From positions 3,286,001 to 3,350,000 of the forward strand of contig NC_045697.1 in NCBI RefSeq assembly GCF_009834535.1: DNA of 64,000 nt. The letters run 5' to 3'. Made by a program: the position numbers and the translations under genes. The notes beneath the pieces are model-generated. The model was not told the DNA's origin. It saw only the letters and a program-made list of their open reading frames with translations, and ran no database searches. This DNA comes from Camelus ferus. Its lineage: Eukaryota. Positions within the stretch are counted from its first letter, which is position 1. Each line of letters begins with the position of its first letter. Positions 12,041-22,930 of this stretch are shown in pieces.

Positions 12041-15000
12041 GCCAAGGGAAGGGGGCGGGTTGCCAGACAGAGGGACCGGCCTTGGCAACGGCATGGAGGT
12101 GGGAGGGGAGGTCAGTCAGGGGAGGTGGCACGGAGGGCAGGGTTCTCTTCTACCCTTCTGGTCACCAAAAGGTGCGGAGGAATGGCTGCTGAATGCAGTG
12201 AGGGAGCTGAGTGACTGAATGCTGCCCTGGGGCGGGGGCAGGTAGAGGAAGGAAGGGGCGCCCTTCATCTTCCCATCATTCCAGACGCCAGCAGAGATGT
12301 CGGGACACGCGCATCACACACGGAGGCGGTGCAGCGAAGGCTGCGGGGTCAGCACAACCTCGCAGGCAGGTGTGCAGTCTGTGATTTCAGTGTGTGATGT
12401 CTGTGTTCCCTGCTCCGTCTACCAAGGCTGTCAGGCTGCCAGTCACCTCACAGGCACTGGGGGGAAAATAAGGGAAAATTCACGGAGCACGTCCACAGGC
12501 TGTCAAAGCGGGAGGCTCTGCAGGAAAACACAGGCTGGTGCCCTCACTTTACGGATGGGGAAACCGAGGCTCGTGGGGGGATGTGACTGAGAGAGGCTTC
12601 CCTGCTGTGTCCCCTCCGGGCTGTTGTGGTGTCTCCTTGGGCCTCCGCCTTCCACACCCTGCTTCCATGCTCTGAGGGACTGGTATACAGTAGGTGCTCA
12701 CCGAATGTGCACTTCCCTCTCTGTCCTTCCTCAGCCTCCAGGTTGCAACGTGGCTAAGACCCCAGGGCCACAACAGAGCAAAGCAGCAACACAAAATCCA
12801 CCCCAGCCCACACTTGGTGGAGGAGGAAACTGGGACCCCGTGGCCCCCAAGCCCAGCACTGCTGGCGACCGAGACGTGGCTGGAGGTGCAGCTGGAGCGA
12901 GAGGACAGCCCCACTGGTCCTCTGGGAGCTGCCGAGCCTCCAGCTCCCGGGGTGGCCGAGTGAGCCCCGCCTGGCTGGTGGGACTCAGGCCAGCTCTTGT
13001 GATGCTCAGGCCCCTCAGCCTCATGTCAGGACACTACCCTGTGGTTGATGGGCCCCTGAGTCCCAGAGGAACAACTGCAGGAGGGCAGGGGGCACAGTGT
13101 CTCCCGGGAGCCCCAGGGGCTTTCCTGGTCTGGAGGGGGCTGGGGTGCTCCAAGCTCCCCACCACGGCCCCTCAAGGCTTTCTTGGCCACACGACTCTGT
13201 CGGGGCCAGAGCCCAGGGGGCGCTGCCACCTCCACTCTGTGTGGTCCTGAGGGTTCTCGCCTGGACGAGGAGCCGAGAAACAGGCGGTGATGTGTGGAGG
13301 CCCAGGATAGGTCATGAGGGTGGGGAGGGACCTCCACCTGCATCACACCTCTTAGTGCCCCCAAGTCAGAGACGATCATCCCCATTCCACAGATGAAGAA
13401 ATGGAGGCCCAGAGAGGTGCTGTGCTCGCCCCAGATCAAGAGCTCGGAAAAGTCCGAGTCAGAATTGGGAGGGGCGCCCCCATCCTAACCACCCGCCTCT
13501 GCAGACTTGTGCCCTCGACTCGCCCAGTCAGGAGGAACACTCCAGCTGGCGCCCTCCATCTGCCTGCTTATTTCTGAGTTCGCTACAGCTATTTCTCGAC
13601 CCTGGCGGTTAGAAGCCAGAGTTCCTGTCTTTGCTTCTTGAACACATCCTTTCCCTTCCTCACTGGAGTCATGGCTCCACTTCTAGATCCACCTGTGGGG
13701 TCTGGCTTCTGTCCACTGGACCGGAGGACAGGCCCCCAGTACAAGGGCCCCGGCATGGAGCCTGGCCCCAGGGCAGTGGCGTCCAGGCTCTGCTCGAACG
13801 ACAGGATGACCTGCGGAAACACACCTGGAGGCCACGCTTTCTACCTGATCCCCAAAGCAGTCTATGAGTTCGTCCTCTTTTTGCAGGTGAGGAAGCTGAG
13901 GCTCAGACGGTCCAGTGAAATGCCCAAGGTGGAAATACTGGAAACTGTGCCTTTTGTACTTTGGTCATAATTTGGGTTTCAGCCCATTTTAAATAAGCCA
14001 TCGCCTTCAGGCCCAGGGAACAGGGTCCACACGACTGCAGGTGCCCGACGCGGGGGCCCAGCCCGTCCCCGCGTGGGCCCTGGTGCCCCTGAGCTGCACT
14101 GCAATCGACGCTGACAGTGAGACGTCTCGGTGGTGCACGCCCATCGCCGACGCAGGCAGACCCTGCCCCGATCGGGAGCACAGGGGGACGGGAGGAACCT
14201 CAGAAGCTGGATGGTTCTACCCGCAAGCGCCTCTGCTCTGGCCGCTCCCCCATGGAAAGCCCCCTCTCTACAGGATGAAGTCGGGACCCCTCACCCTGAC
14301 CGCCAAGGTCTCCTGCGACCAGAGACCCATGGCGCCGACAGGGCTGCCACCTCCTGGCCTCTTCGTGGGCTGCCACTCGGTTGTCCTGAAAAGCACGCTC
14401 CCTCCTCTGCCTGGAAGACTGTTCCTGCTTTCCAGTGGCCATTCACCGACTCATTCGTTCACCCGCTCATTCGTTCACTTTCTCATACCCAGCCTCCAAG
14501 AGCCCCCCCAGGCCCAGGCCTCCTGCTGGGGTACACGTGTTGAAGGGCCGGATGTGGCGTCCAGTTCAGGGTCCGGGACTCAAATCCTCCGTGTCCCAGA
14601 TGTGCTGCAGCAGATGGAGGGTTGGCGCCCTGGGTTCAGGAAACTGTGAGCCCTGGCCCCAGGGGTCCCCGCTCTGGGACGAGGCAGAGACACTGTCTCC
14701 TTGGCTGCCACCCAACCCATCTGCACCCTGGGTATGCAAAGCCTCAGCCTGGCCCTTCCACACCCTGGACGCATGGCCGGGCCAGGCAGCCCCGCCCAGA
14801 GCCTTGGTTTCTGCCCGGTTGGGAGGGGCACAGCAGCCCCTCCTGGGGGGACTTGGAGGGGCTGCGAAGCAGTGAGCCCTGTGGGGTGGGTCTCAAGCTT
14901 CCTGATGGGGAGCCTTGCAAGTTGGGGCAAGCCCCTCCCTCTCCTTGGGCTCCAGTTTCCACCTCCGTAAAGTCAGGGGTAACTGACCTCTCAGGGTCAG

Positions 15001-15761
15001 GGCCTGGCGTGGGTGGCGGGGAGACACGGTCACCATGACAACTGTGAGCATGGCGACACAGCCCTGCCTGCCCTCCCCTCGTAGCCGTGGTCTCCAGGGC
15101 CCCTTCCCTGGACCCAGAGCTGCTGAGGGCTGGCAGAGGCTGTGCCTGCGCTGGGCCCCGCAGGGGCTCACGGCACTGAGAGCGGAAAGGAAAACCGGAC
15201 GCCAGCCGCCGCCTGGCCATGGACTATTAAAACAGGTGCTTTTACTGGGAATGGTTCTTCTAACGCAGATAAGCATCATTTTAAAGTTTTATTCGATCGG
15301 CAGACATTGAGTGATCCCTGAAGAAGGTTCTAGTTTAATGGGGTAGGCACACACAACCATAACTTACGTTTCTTTTTTTCCTTCATGTTAGTTGCATATG
15401 TGTCTCTCGCTCCCCACTAAACTGGAACCCTCTTCAGTGACCAATAAATGTCCACCGTGATGCACATTATTCCACCATCCATCCTTCTCTGTACGCCTTC
15501 ATATTTTGTTATCCATCCTTCCATCTGGCCATCTACCTGTCCTATTCTTTCAACTATCCAACTACCCTTTCACCCATGCTCCCATCCATTCATCCGGTTC
15601 CTCCATTCCCCCATCCTTCAGTTGGTCATTAATCCATCCATTCATCCGCCCATCCATCCATTCACCTTTCAGTCTAGCCAGCACGTATCACGTGCCCGTG
15701 CTTGGGCCATGCAGTCGCCTCGCAGGGTGAGGTGTCATCTGGGCTCCTGGAGATGCTGTGT

Positions 15762-15780
15762 CACCGCCCCCTAGTGGACA
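15762..15780 (-). promoter_or_regulatory. Candidate CTCF site (TGTCCACTAGGGGGCGGTG)
   Basis: Near-perfect match to the CCASYAGRKGGC core; motif only, no binding evidence. Confidence 0.5.
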
Positions 15781-15863
15781 TACCATAGCCCCAGGCCCAC
15801 GACCATCACGATTTACCCTTGAGCTCCCCGCAGGTTCATCTGACCGTAATGGCGGCCTCCTAC

Positions 15864-15966
15864 CTGCACCCATGATGAGGCCCGGCGCGGTGTCCTTGGT
15901 GTGCACAGTGCCCGACACATAGGGGTTGTCTGCCCAGCGCAGGTGCAGGTGGAGGTGGCAGTCCGG
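15864..15966 (-). CDS. SORCS2: SORCS2 exon 11 (103 nt): PDCHLHLHLRWADNPYVSGTVHTKDTAPGLIMGA(G)
   Basis: Acceptor cccccttgcag|CCG, donor G|gtagga; within ORF 15688..15972. Confidence 0.96.
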
Positions 15967-16443
15967 CTGCAAGGGGGAGACAGGGAGCCACGGTCAGCAC
16001 GTGGGCGGGAGCAGCGACCTTAGGAAAAGTAGTACTGAGGCTGAATCCACTCCTGTGGCTTTTTGGGTGGGAAGGCAGGGCCAGGAGCGCTTCGGGGGAG
16101 TGGAAGGACGGTGGGAGGGAGGCTCTGAGGCTGACCGCTGGGCCAGGTGACTCTGCTGGTGGAGGAAGCCAGGAGGCTGCTCCAAGGGAGGGTCCTCCCA
16201 GCATGGGTGCCGGCAGGGTGAGCTCCCCAGGGTGGCTCCTGAGTGCAGAGCGGGGCTGCAGAAAGTGACCCCTGGAGCCTGCCCGGCCCACGCCCACATT
16301 CATCCATTCATCCGTCCAGGACCTTTACTGGGGGCCTCTTGGGTGACCGCGGTAGCCTGGGCACGAGGGAGCAGCTGCGGGACACCCGTAAGGCCTGTGT
16401 CCTCTGCGGGAGGCAGAAAGGTAGGGCGGCTGTGCCAGGGCCC

Positions 16444-16649
16444 AGTTTAGACATGTCTCACTTGTTTCAATGAAACAGAAATATTATAACACAATAAATC
16501 TCTTTTGCCCTTTTCAAAATTCCTTGTTTCTTGGCACATTATTAAAAAATGCCAGGGCTTTAAACCAAGGGTGCTGGCGAGCTTTGCGCATTTCGCATTC
16601 ATACATTTGTCCAGGACCTGGGGGTGGTGCTGTGCGTGGGGGCACCCAG
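16444..16649 (+). repeat. Dispersed direct repeat, copy B (copy A at 9097..9300)
   Basis: Same alignment as copy A. Confidence 0.92.
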
Positions 16650-18966
16650 CGCTCTGCTGGTGTCTGACAGGTGGGCACAAGGCCTTACAAACGCCCCCAG
16701 CAGAGTCTTGGCCGGGCTGATAGAAGGCAGGGCAGGCCTGGGCAGACCTGGAGGGGCTGACCCCCAAGCACTCAGCACCTGCTCATGTGATGGGACGGGG
16801 AGCAGTGAGGGCCAGGCTGCTCTCGGGGTGCACAGTCAGACACGGAGGGGCCCCCTGAAGAGTGGGAAGACCCCAGGGCAGGCTGGTGCCAGGGGAGTCG
16901 GTGCTGAACGCCTGGGGAGGGTTTGGGTACTGGCCCGGCTTGGGTGGGTGTGACGTGGGCCGAGCAGGGAGGCCACGCTGTCCTGAAGCTCCGCCTTCTC
17001 GGCCCTTCTCCAAGCAGGAGCTGCAGGTGCCCTACAGAAGCATCCATCAAACACAGTCAGATGGCCAGTGTACCATGCTGCTGGCTGGCAGTGAGCGAGG
17101 CCACCCGCCGCCCGGACACCCCACTTCATGGCTCAGTCTCGTGTCTGAGAAGAGTTGACCATAGGCAGGAAAATGAATGGATTTCCTTTCTGAATTCAGA
17201 TGCCAACAGACACAAAACCATCTTCCAAGAGTGATTCATCCTGTGAAAACAGGTCTAATCCGCTTAGCCAGTAAACCCTCCCTTCGCGCCCTCACTGGCA
17301 GGAAGCCGCCCCAGCCGGAGGGCTGGCCGAATGGCCTGGGAAGCCCTGCATGACCCAGAGGAAAGGGAAACAGAAGACTCGGAAATCGCACAGGTGTCAG
17401 GACTCCCACGGAGGACTTTTTAACGTGAACGAAAGTCAGTGGGGCCTGAAGAACGCCCGACTGCTGCTGCTTCCGGGCGACGTGGGTACAGCGATACCTC
17501 GCTGCTCTGTTGATACATTTCTGCATTTTCCAAGTATTCTGCAATAAGCAGGAATCATATTTTCTCATGAGAAATCAACCGTCAAGTGTCGTCTGCCCTG
17601 TGCCTTGGGAGGATGCGGGGCCGGGGGAGGACAGTCAGAGAAGAGTGACCTTGCCTGCCCCACCCTGCACACCCCCCGCCCCCGCTGCCAGGGCCACACA
17701 CACAGGGAAACAGCCTCCCAGCCAAGGCTGCGATTTCTGCTTTTGGTGCCCTGTTGGGTGTCCCGCGCACCTGTCCTCGCTCCCCTGTGACCATCGGGCT
17801 CTCCGTGTGCCTGCCTACGGCCACACACCCACCAGGTGGCTCCTACTTTTATTATTTCAAGGACGGGACATAAATCTTGAAAGGTTATCTCCTCGCTGAG
17901 CTGCGTAATTGCAGACAAGAATCTATTCTCAGCAAAAACTTGCTTTGACAGATTAATATGGCTTAACTTTGTCGATGATGATACAAAAATTAGCCCTTTC
18001 ACAGCGATTCTCTTCTCAGAAGAGCTTTTACAGGCAGCAGGTGATTTATCCTCCCCGTAGGTCGGCAGGTGCTATCACCCTCTGTTATTAGACGGAGGGG
18101 GGCTTCCGTGGAGGCCGAGCACAGGCCCCTGGTTGGTGAAGTCTGGGAGCAAGGGGCCGTCCCTGCTCAGGCTCTGCCTGGAGGGCACAGAGCCCCACCT
18201 TGACCCTAGGTGGGTAGTCAGGGGCCGGCAAGGAAGGGCACCTGCCACCCTCAGGGGCCCTGCAGAGACCCAGGCAGACCCCACAGGGGCAGGATTCTCT
18301 GCTGTTCTGTGTGTTGATGTATCCAAACACCCAGAACAGCACCTCGCACGTAGTAGGTACCCTTACATGTCTGTTGAATGAACATCCCTGTAAGATAGGC
18401 ACCATTATTCTATTTACAGAGTCAGAGCAAGGCATGGGGTTGGCCATCCCCAGAGCAAGGCCCTGGACTGTGAGACCAGTAGGAAACAAAAGCAAGTGTG
18501 CCCTGTGAAGGCTTCTCAGTGGAGGGGACACGTAGGCAGGGTTTTCAGTTATCAGCAGGACTTTGCTGAATGAAAAAGGAAAGGGTAATTCAGCCCTCCC
18601 ACCCTCCAGGCAGCCAAGACACCGGGCGCCTACACTCACACAGATCCCCTCCGAAACTGACCAGCCACATGCACGAGCGAGCCCAGCCTCTCACAGAGCT
18701 GCAGGACAGCGATTATTGTTTGGGGTGGCTTGTTACACAGCACTGTTGCGTCAGGAGCTGAGTGATACACTCCCCCTCTGACCGCCAGTTAAGCCTCCTG
18801 TAAAGGACGGCGTTTCACACGACCCTCTCCGCCACGCCCAGAGAAACAGGAGGTTCGTGTTTCCCAGATGGTCCTTCTCAGATGTCAGCACCTCTGACCC
18901 GCAGGTCCTGCAGTAACGTCTAGTGCCCACCCCGGGGCAGGCGTGCAAAGCGGGCAGGACACTTAC

Positions 18967-19113
18967 TGGCTTGCAGCTGGTGGGTTTTCCATTCATGTCC
19001 GTGCTGGGCGGCCTCAGGTAGTCCCAGTCTCGGCCTTTGTTGTAGGTTATAAGCGTCACCACCTTTCCGTCGACTTTTCGGTTTGCCAGGAAGACTCCTT
19101 TCACCCCTCGGAC
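18967..19113 (-). CDS. SORCS2: SORCS2 exon 10 (147 nt): VRGVKGVFLANRKVDGKVVTLITYNKGRDWDYLRPPSTDMNGKPTSCKP
   Basis: Acceptor ctctgtcccag|GTC, donor CCA|gtaagt; Asp-box TYNKGRDW. Confidence 0.96.
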
Positions 19114-19288
19114 CTGGGACAGAGGTACAAGAAGGGTGGTGCGAGCCGGGCCAGCCCTTGCTCGGAGCTCTGGGTGCACGGCCTCACTGCACCCCGACAG
19201 CAGTTGGCGCTGAGGCTGCCTGCACATGAGACAGAGCAGGACCCTGCTGGGGCCTTCCCAGGACAGGCTCCCCACCCAACATGTGCTC

Positions 19289-19680
19289 TGCTTGGACTCT
19301 TGTCTGTAGAAAAACTTTAGTCAAAGAGTAAGTTTAATCAGAGAAATAAGAAAATACAGGAACAAAGGGAAAGAGTTAAGCAAAACAAAATAATAGTTTA
19401 GTCATTAAACAAAGTCGAGGACCTTTAGCTCCCTCTCAAGGGCTATAGATCACGCCCTGAGCCTTCTCCTTTGAGCTGTCCTGTAGGGCCTGAAACCCCC
19501 ACCTGGTGGAAGAAATTAACTACAAGATGACCAGACTGTAGCCGTGACAGAAGCTGCCACAATTCGGAGAACTGGCCTCAAGGAAATGGGAACAAACCGA
19601 CCCTGGAGCTGGGCTTAAAATGAACAAGATGACGCCGATCAGAACCCTGCACGGCTCACTTCAAGATGACTGTCAGAGCC
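19289..19680 (+). mobile_element. Partial ERV LTR (U3-like portion, ERV1-type; 3' part missing)
   Basis: Starts TG; resembles a recalled cetartiodactyl ERV1 LTR (gtcattaa..gtc.aggacctttag.tcc..ctcaagggctataga; gaactggcctcaaggaaatgg.aacaaaccgaccctgga); ends abruptly at the L1 junction. Confidence 0.65.
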
Positions 19681-20714
19681 ATCAGGGAGGAAATAAAGAA
19701 AACAGAGATTTAAAAAAACAAAAAAAAATCAATCAAACCAAGAGCTGGTTTTCTGAAAGAGTAAACAAAATTAACAAAGCAATGGCCAGGCTCACCGAGA
19801 AGATGAGAGAGAGCGCACAAACAAACAAGGTAAGAAAAGAAAGCGGAGAGATTCAACCAACACCAGAGAAACACAAGAACGTCATGAGAACACTGGGAAC
19901 AGCTGTGTGGCGATGAAGTGGGTAACTTAGAAGAAATGGACAAGTTCCTGGAAACATACGGCCCGCCAAGGCCGCATCAGGAAGAAACTGACCGCTTGAA
20001 CAGACTGATCACCAGAAGTGAAACAGACTCAGCAACAGCAGGCCCTCCCTGCAAACAGAAGTCCGGACCAGACGGCCTCACTGGGCAGTGCTGACAGGCA
20101 GGCAGAGGAGAGCTCACACCGGTCTTTCTCAAACTTCCCGAAGATTGAAGAGGAGAGAACACTCCCAAGCTCATTCTGTGAGGCCACCATCACCCTGATA
20201 CCAAAGCCAGGCAAAGACACTACCAAAAACGAAAGCTATAGGTCAATATCACTGATGAGCATAGACGCAAAAATCCTCAACAAAATAGTAGCAAACAGAA
20301 TCAACAGCACACAAGAAGGATCATACACCATGGTCAAGTTGGATTCATCCAGGGACACAAGGTTGGTTCAACATATGCAACATATGATACACCACGTCAA
20401 CAAGAGAAAGGACAAAAACCACATGATCATCTGAATCGATGCAGAAAAAGCATTTGATAAAATTCAACACCCACTGATGATAAAAACTGTTACCAAAGTG
20501 GGTATAGAGGGAACATATCTCAACATAATAAACGCTATTTATGACAAACCTACAGCCAGCAGAATACTCGACAGTGAAAAGCTGAGAGCCTTCCCCCTAG
20601 AATCTGGAACAAGACAAGATGCCCACTCTGACCAGTTCTATTCAACACAGTACTGGAAGCCCCAGCCACAGCAATTAGACAAGAAAAAGAAATAAAGGGG
20701 GTCCAAACTGGAAG
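19681..20714 (+). mobile_element. L1 ORF2 internal fragment (endonuclease-RT linker to start of RT), degenerate, antisense to SORCS2
   Basis: Translates to [78 protein letters not shown]; frameshifted. Confidence 0.93.
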
Positions 20715-21107
20715 TTCCTTGGGCAGGGAGGCCTTGGACCCAGTAACTGAGCCCCGCTGGTGTGGCCTGAGTTCCTGAGAGCCCCCGTGTGCACAAAGCA
20801 GCCTTTGCTACTCTGTCAATAGGATGTCGCCATTTCTCATGGTGAGCCGGTGGCACTGAGGCTCAGGATGTTATGAGTTTTACCTGAGGCTCCATGGCCA
20901 AGGGTTATGCTTAGGATTTGAGTGGTAACACACAGTTATTAAGAATCTTCTACGTGGTAGTCAAGGGAGTTACTGAGTGCCACCTCATCAAGTCCCCAGA
21001 CTCCAGGAGGTTGGTACCCTCCTAATCTTTGATGCACAGTTTGGCCAAGTGCCCAGCACACGAGGAGCACGCCCAGGAGGACCCCGAGGGGACGGACACA
21101 CAGTGAA

Positions 21108-21490
21108 TGGGGTAGCAATTCCAGTGCTGCTCCAACAGAGTGACCCAGGCAGAGGGGCTTAACGCGGCACACATGAGTTATGTTACAGCTCTGGAGGTTG
21201 GAAGTCCAGCATGGGTCCCACTGGGCTAAAAGCAAGGTGTCGGCAGGGCTGATCCCCTCCGCCAGCTCCAGGGGAGACGCTGTGTCCTTGCCTTTCTTAG
21301 TGTCTAGAGGCACCTGAGGTGCTTGGTTTGCGATCCCTCCTCCATCTTCAAAGCCAGTGGCACAGCATCTCCCTGGTCACTCTTCCATGATTTCATGCAT
21401 TTTTCTGACCTTCCTTCTGACCCTCCTTCCAACCTTGAGGACTCTTGTAATTGCAGGGTGCCCCCTGGAGCATCCAGGATAATCTTCCCC
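21108..21490 (-). mobile_element. MLT1D-like LTR fragment
   Basis: cagctctggaggttggaagtccagcatgggtcccactgggctaaaagcaaggtgtcggcagggctg; ctccatcttcaaagccag. Confidence 0.75.
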
Positions 21491-21984
21491 TCTGCTGATT
21501 GCCAGCCTCCATCCGCCATTGCCTGTGTCGTCTGCTAGGACGTTGCTGCCTGGGGTGGGGTCCGGAGTGGGGGTCCGGCCATCATCTCCACAGACAAAGC
21601 TTTGGGGATGGTTCAGGATGGTCCTTGTGGGGGACGGCTCCAGGGGAATGGAGAAACACAGCCCCTTCTCTCACTCACCACTCTGTCTCTGGCTCACCTG
21701 GGGCATCACCTGGGTGGGCACCTGGTCTGCCCAGCACTGAGTGCAGATGCCTCCCCTAGGGGCAGAGAGGACGCTGACTGGCCCAGTGATGGCTGGCTTT
21801 ATTCGGAAAGCGCTACTGTATACCCCAACTGGTCTCCATGAAAACATTCAGCAGTAAATAGCATGGACCCTCCCGTCCGAGAGAGGGGAGGTGTGGGCTG
21901 AGTTTCCCTGGGGTGGGCCTTATCAGCCACGCCCTGGCTCCCAACACTGATGTGCTCACTTCACGTAACTGCCCTCCCCATGGC

Positions 21985-22433
21985 TGTGTGAGTTTCCTGG
22001 CTGCGATAGAACATTGCAAACTTGGTGGCTTAAGACAACAGAAAGTTGTCCTCTCACAGCCTGGAAGCCAGAGGTCCAAAGTCAAAGTGTTGGCAGGGCT
22101 GCCCTCCCTCTGAAGTTTCCAGGGGAGGCTCCTTCCTCATCTCCTCCAGCTCCAGGTGGCCCCAGTGTTCCTGGACTGTGGCCACATCTCCCCAGCCTCT
22201 GCTGTGACTTCCCATGGCCCTCTTCCCTGTGTGTCCGTCTCCTGTTCTGATCTTTATGAGGATCTTTATGAGGTCACTGGATTGAGGGCCCCCAGATAAT
22301 CCAGCATGTCTCATCTCCAGATCTTTTACTTAATGACAGCCGCAGAGATCCTTCTTCCAAACAAGCTCACAGTCACAGTTTCCAGGGATTTGATGTGGCT
22401 GTATCTTTCGGGGTCCCCATTCAGCCCCCTACA
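21985..22433 (-). mobile_element. MLT1C-like solo LTR, with an internal 12-bp tandem duplication (gatctttatgag x2, 22249-22272)
   Basis: tgtgtgagtttcctggctgc...cttggtggcttaagacaacagaaa...; ends ccattcagccccctaca. Confidence 0.8.
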
Positions 22434-22744
22434 ATGGCTGTCTCCCAACTGTGGCCAGGGCTTCTGGGGGTCCGGGAACAAGGCTGGGATGCCCCCTCAG
22501 CTCTCTTCCAGATGCCCCCAGAAAAGGTGTGCTGTTTTGCCTGGAACCGGGGCCCGCCCTGCAGAGGTGGCCGTTCATGGGCCTCCCTGACATCTGGGAT
22601 GAGACGTTTTTCCTAGACACTCTAGGCCACGTCCCTCCCACACATTATCTCGAATCCCCAGAAAATGCAAGTGCTGGGAAAACAACTGAGAGCTTGCTGA
22701 GCACGGACTTAGCACCAGATGCTGCTCTGTGTATTTAACAGAAA

Positions 22745-22930
22745 CGGTGATTCGAATTCTCACAGCAGCCCCCTGAGGAAGGTACTACTATCATCCTTGT
22801 TTCACAATGGGGAAACCAAAGCACAGAGAGGTTAAGTAACCTGCCTAAGGTCACACAGCAAATATGTACCAGAACTGAGATTTGAACCCAGGCAATCAGG
22901 ACCCAGAGCTTTTCTTGTAACCACTACCTG
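22745..22930 (-). mobile_element. MIR SINE
   Basis: tcatccttgtttcacaatggggaaaccaaagcacagagaggttaagtaacctgcctaaggtcacacagc core. Confidence 0.85.

Noticed and set aside
20018-20695. L1 ORF2-like ORFs as an active retrotransposon
   Set aside because: A ~1-kb internal fragment only, frameshifted and truncated at both ends.
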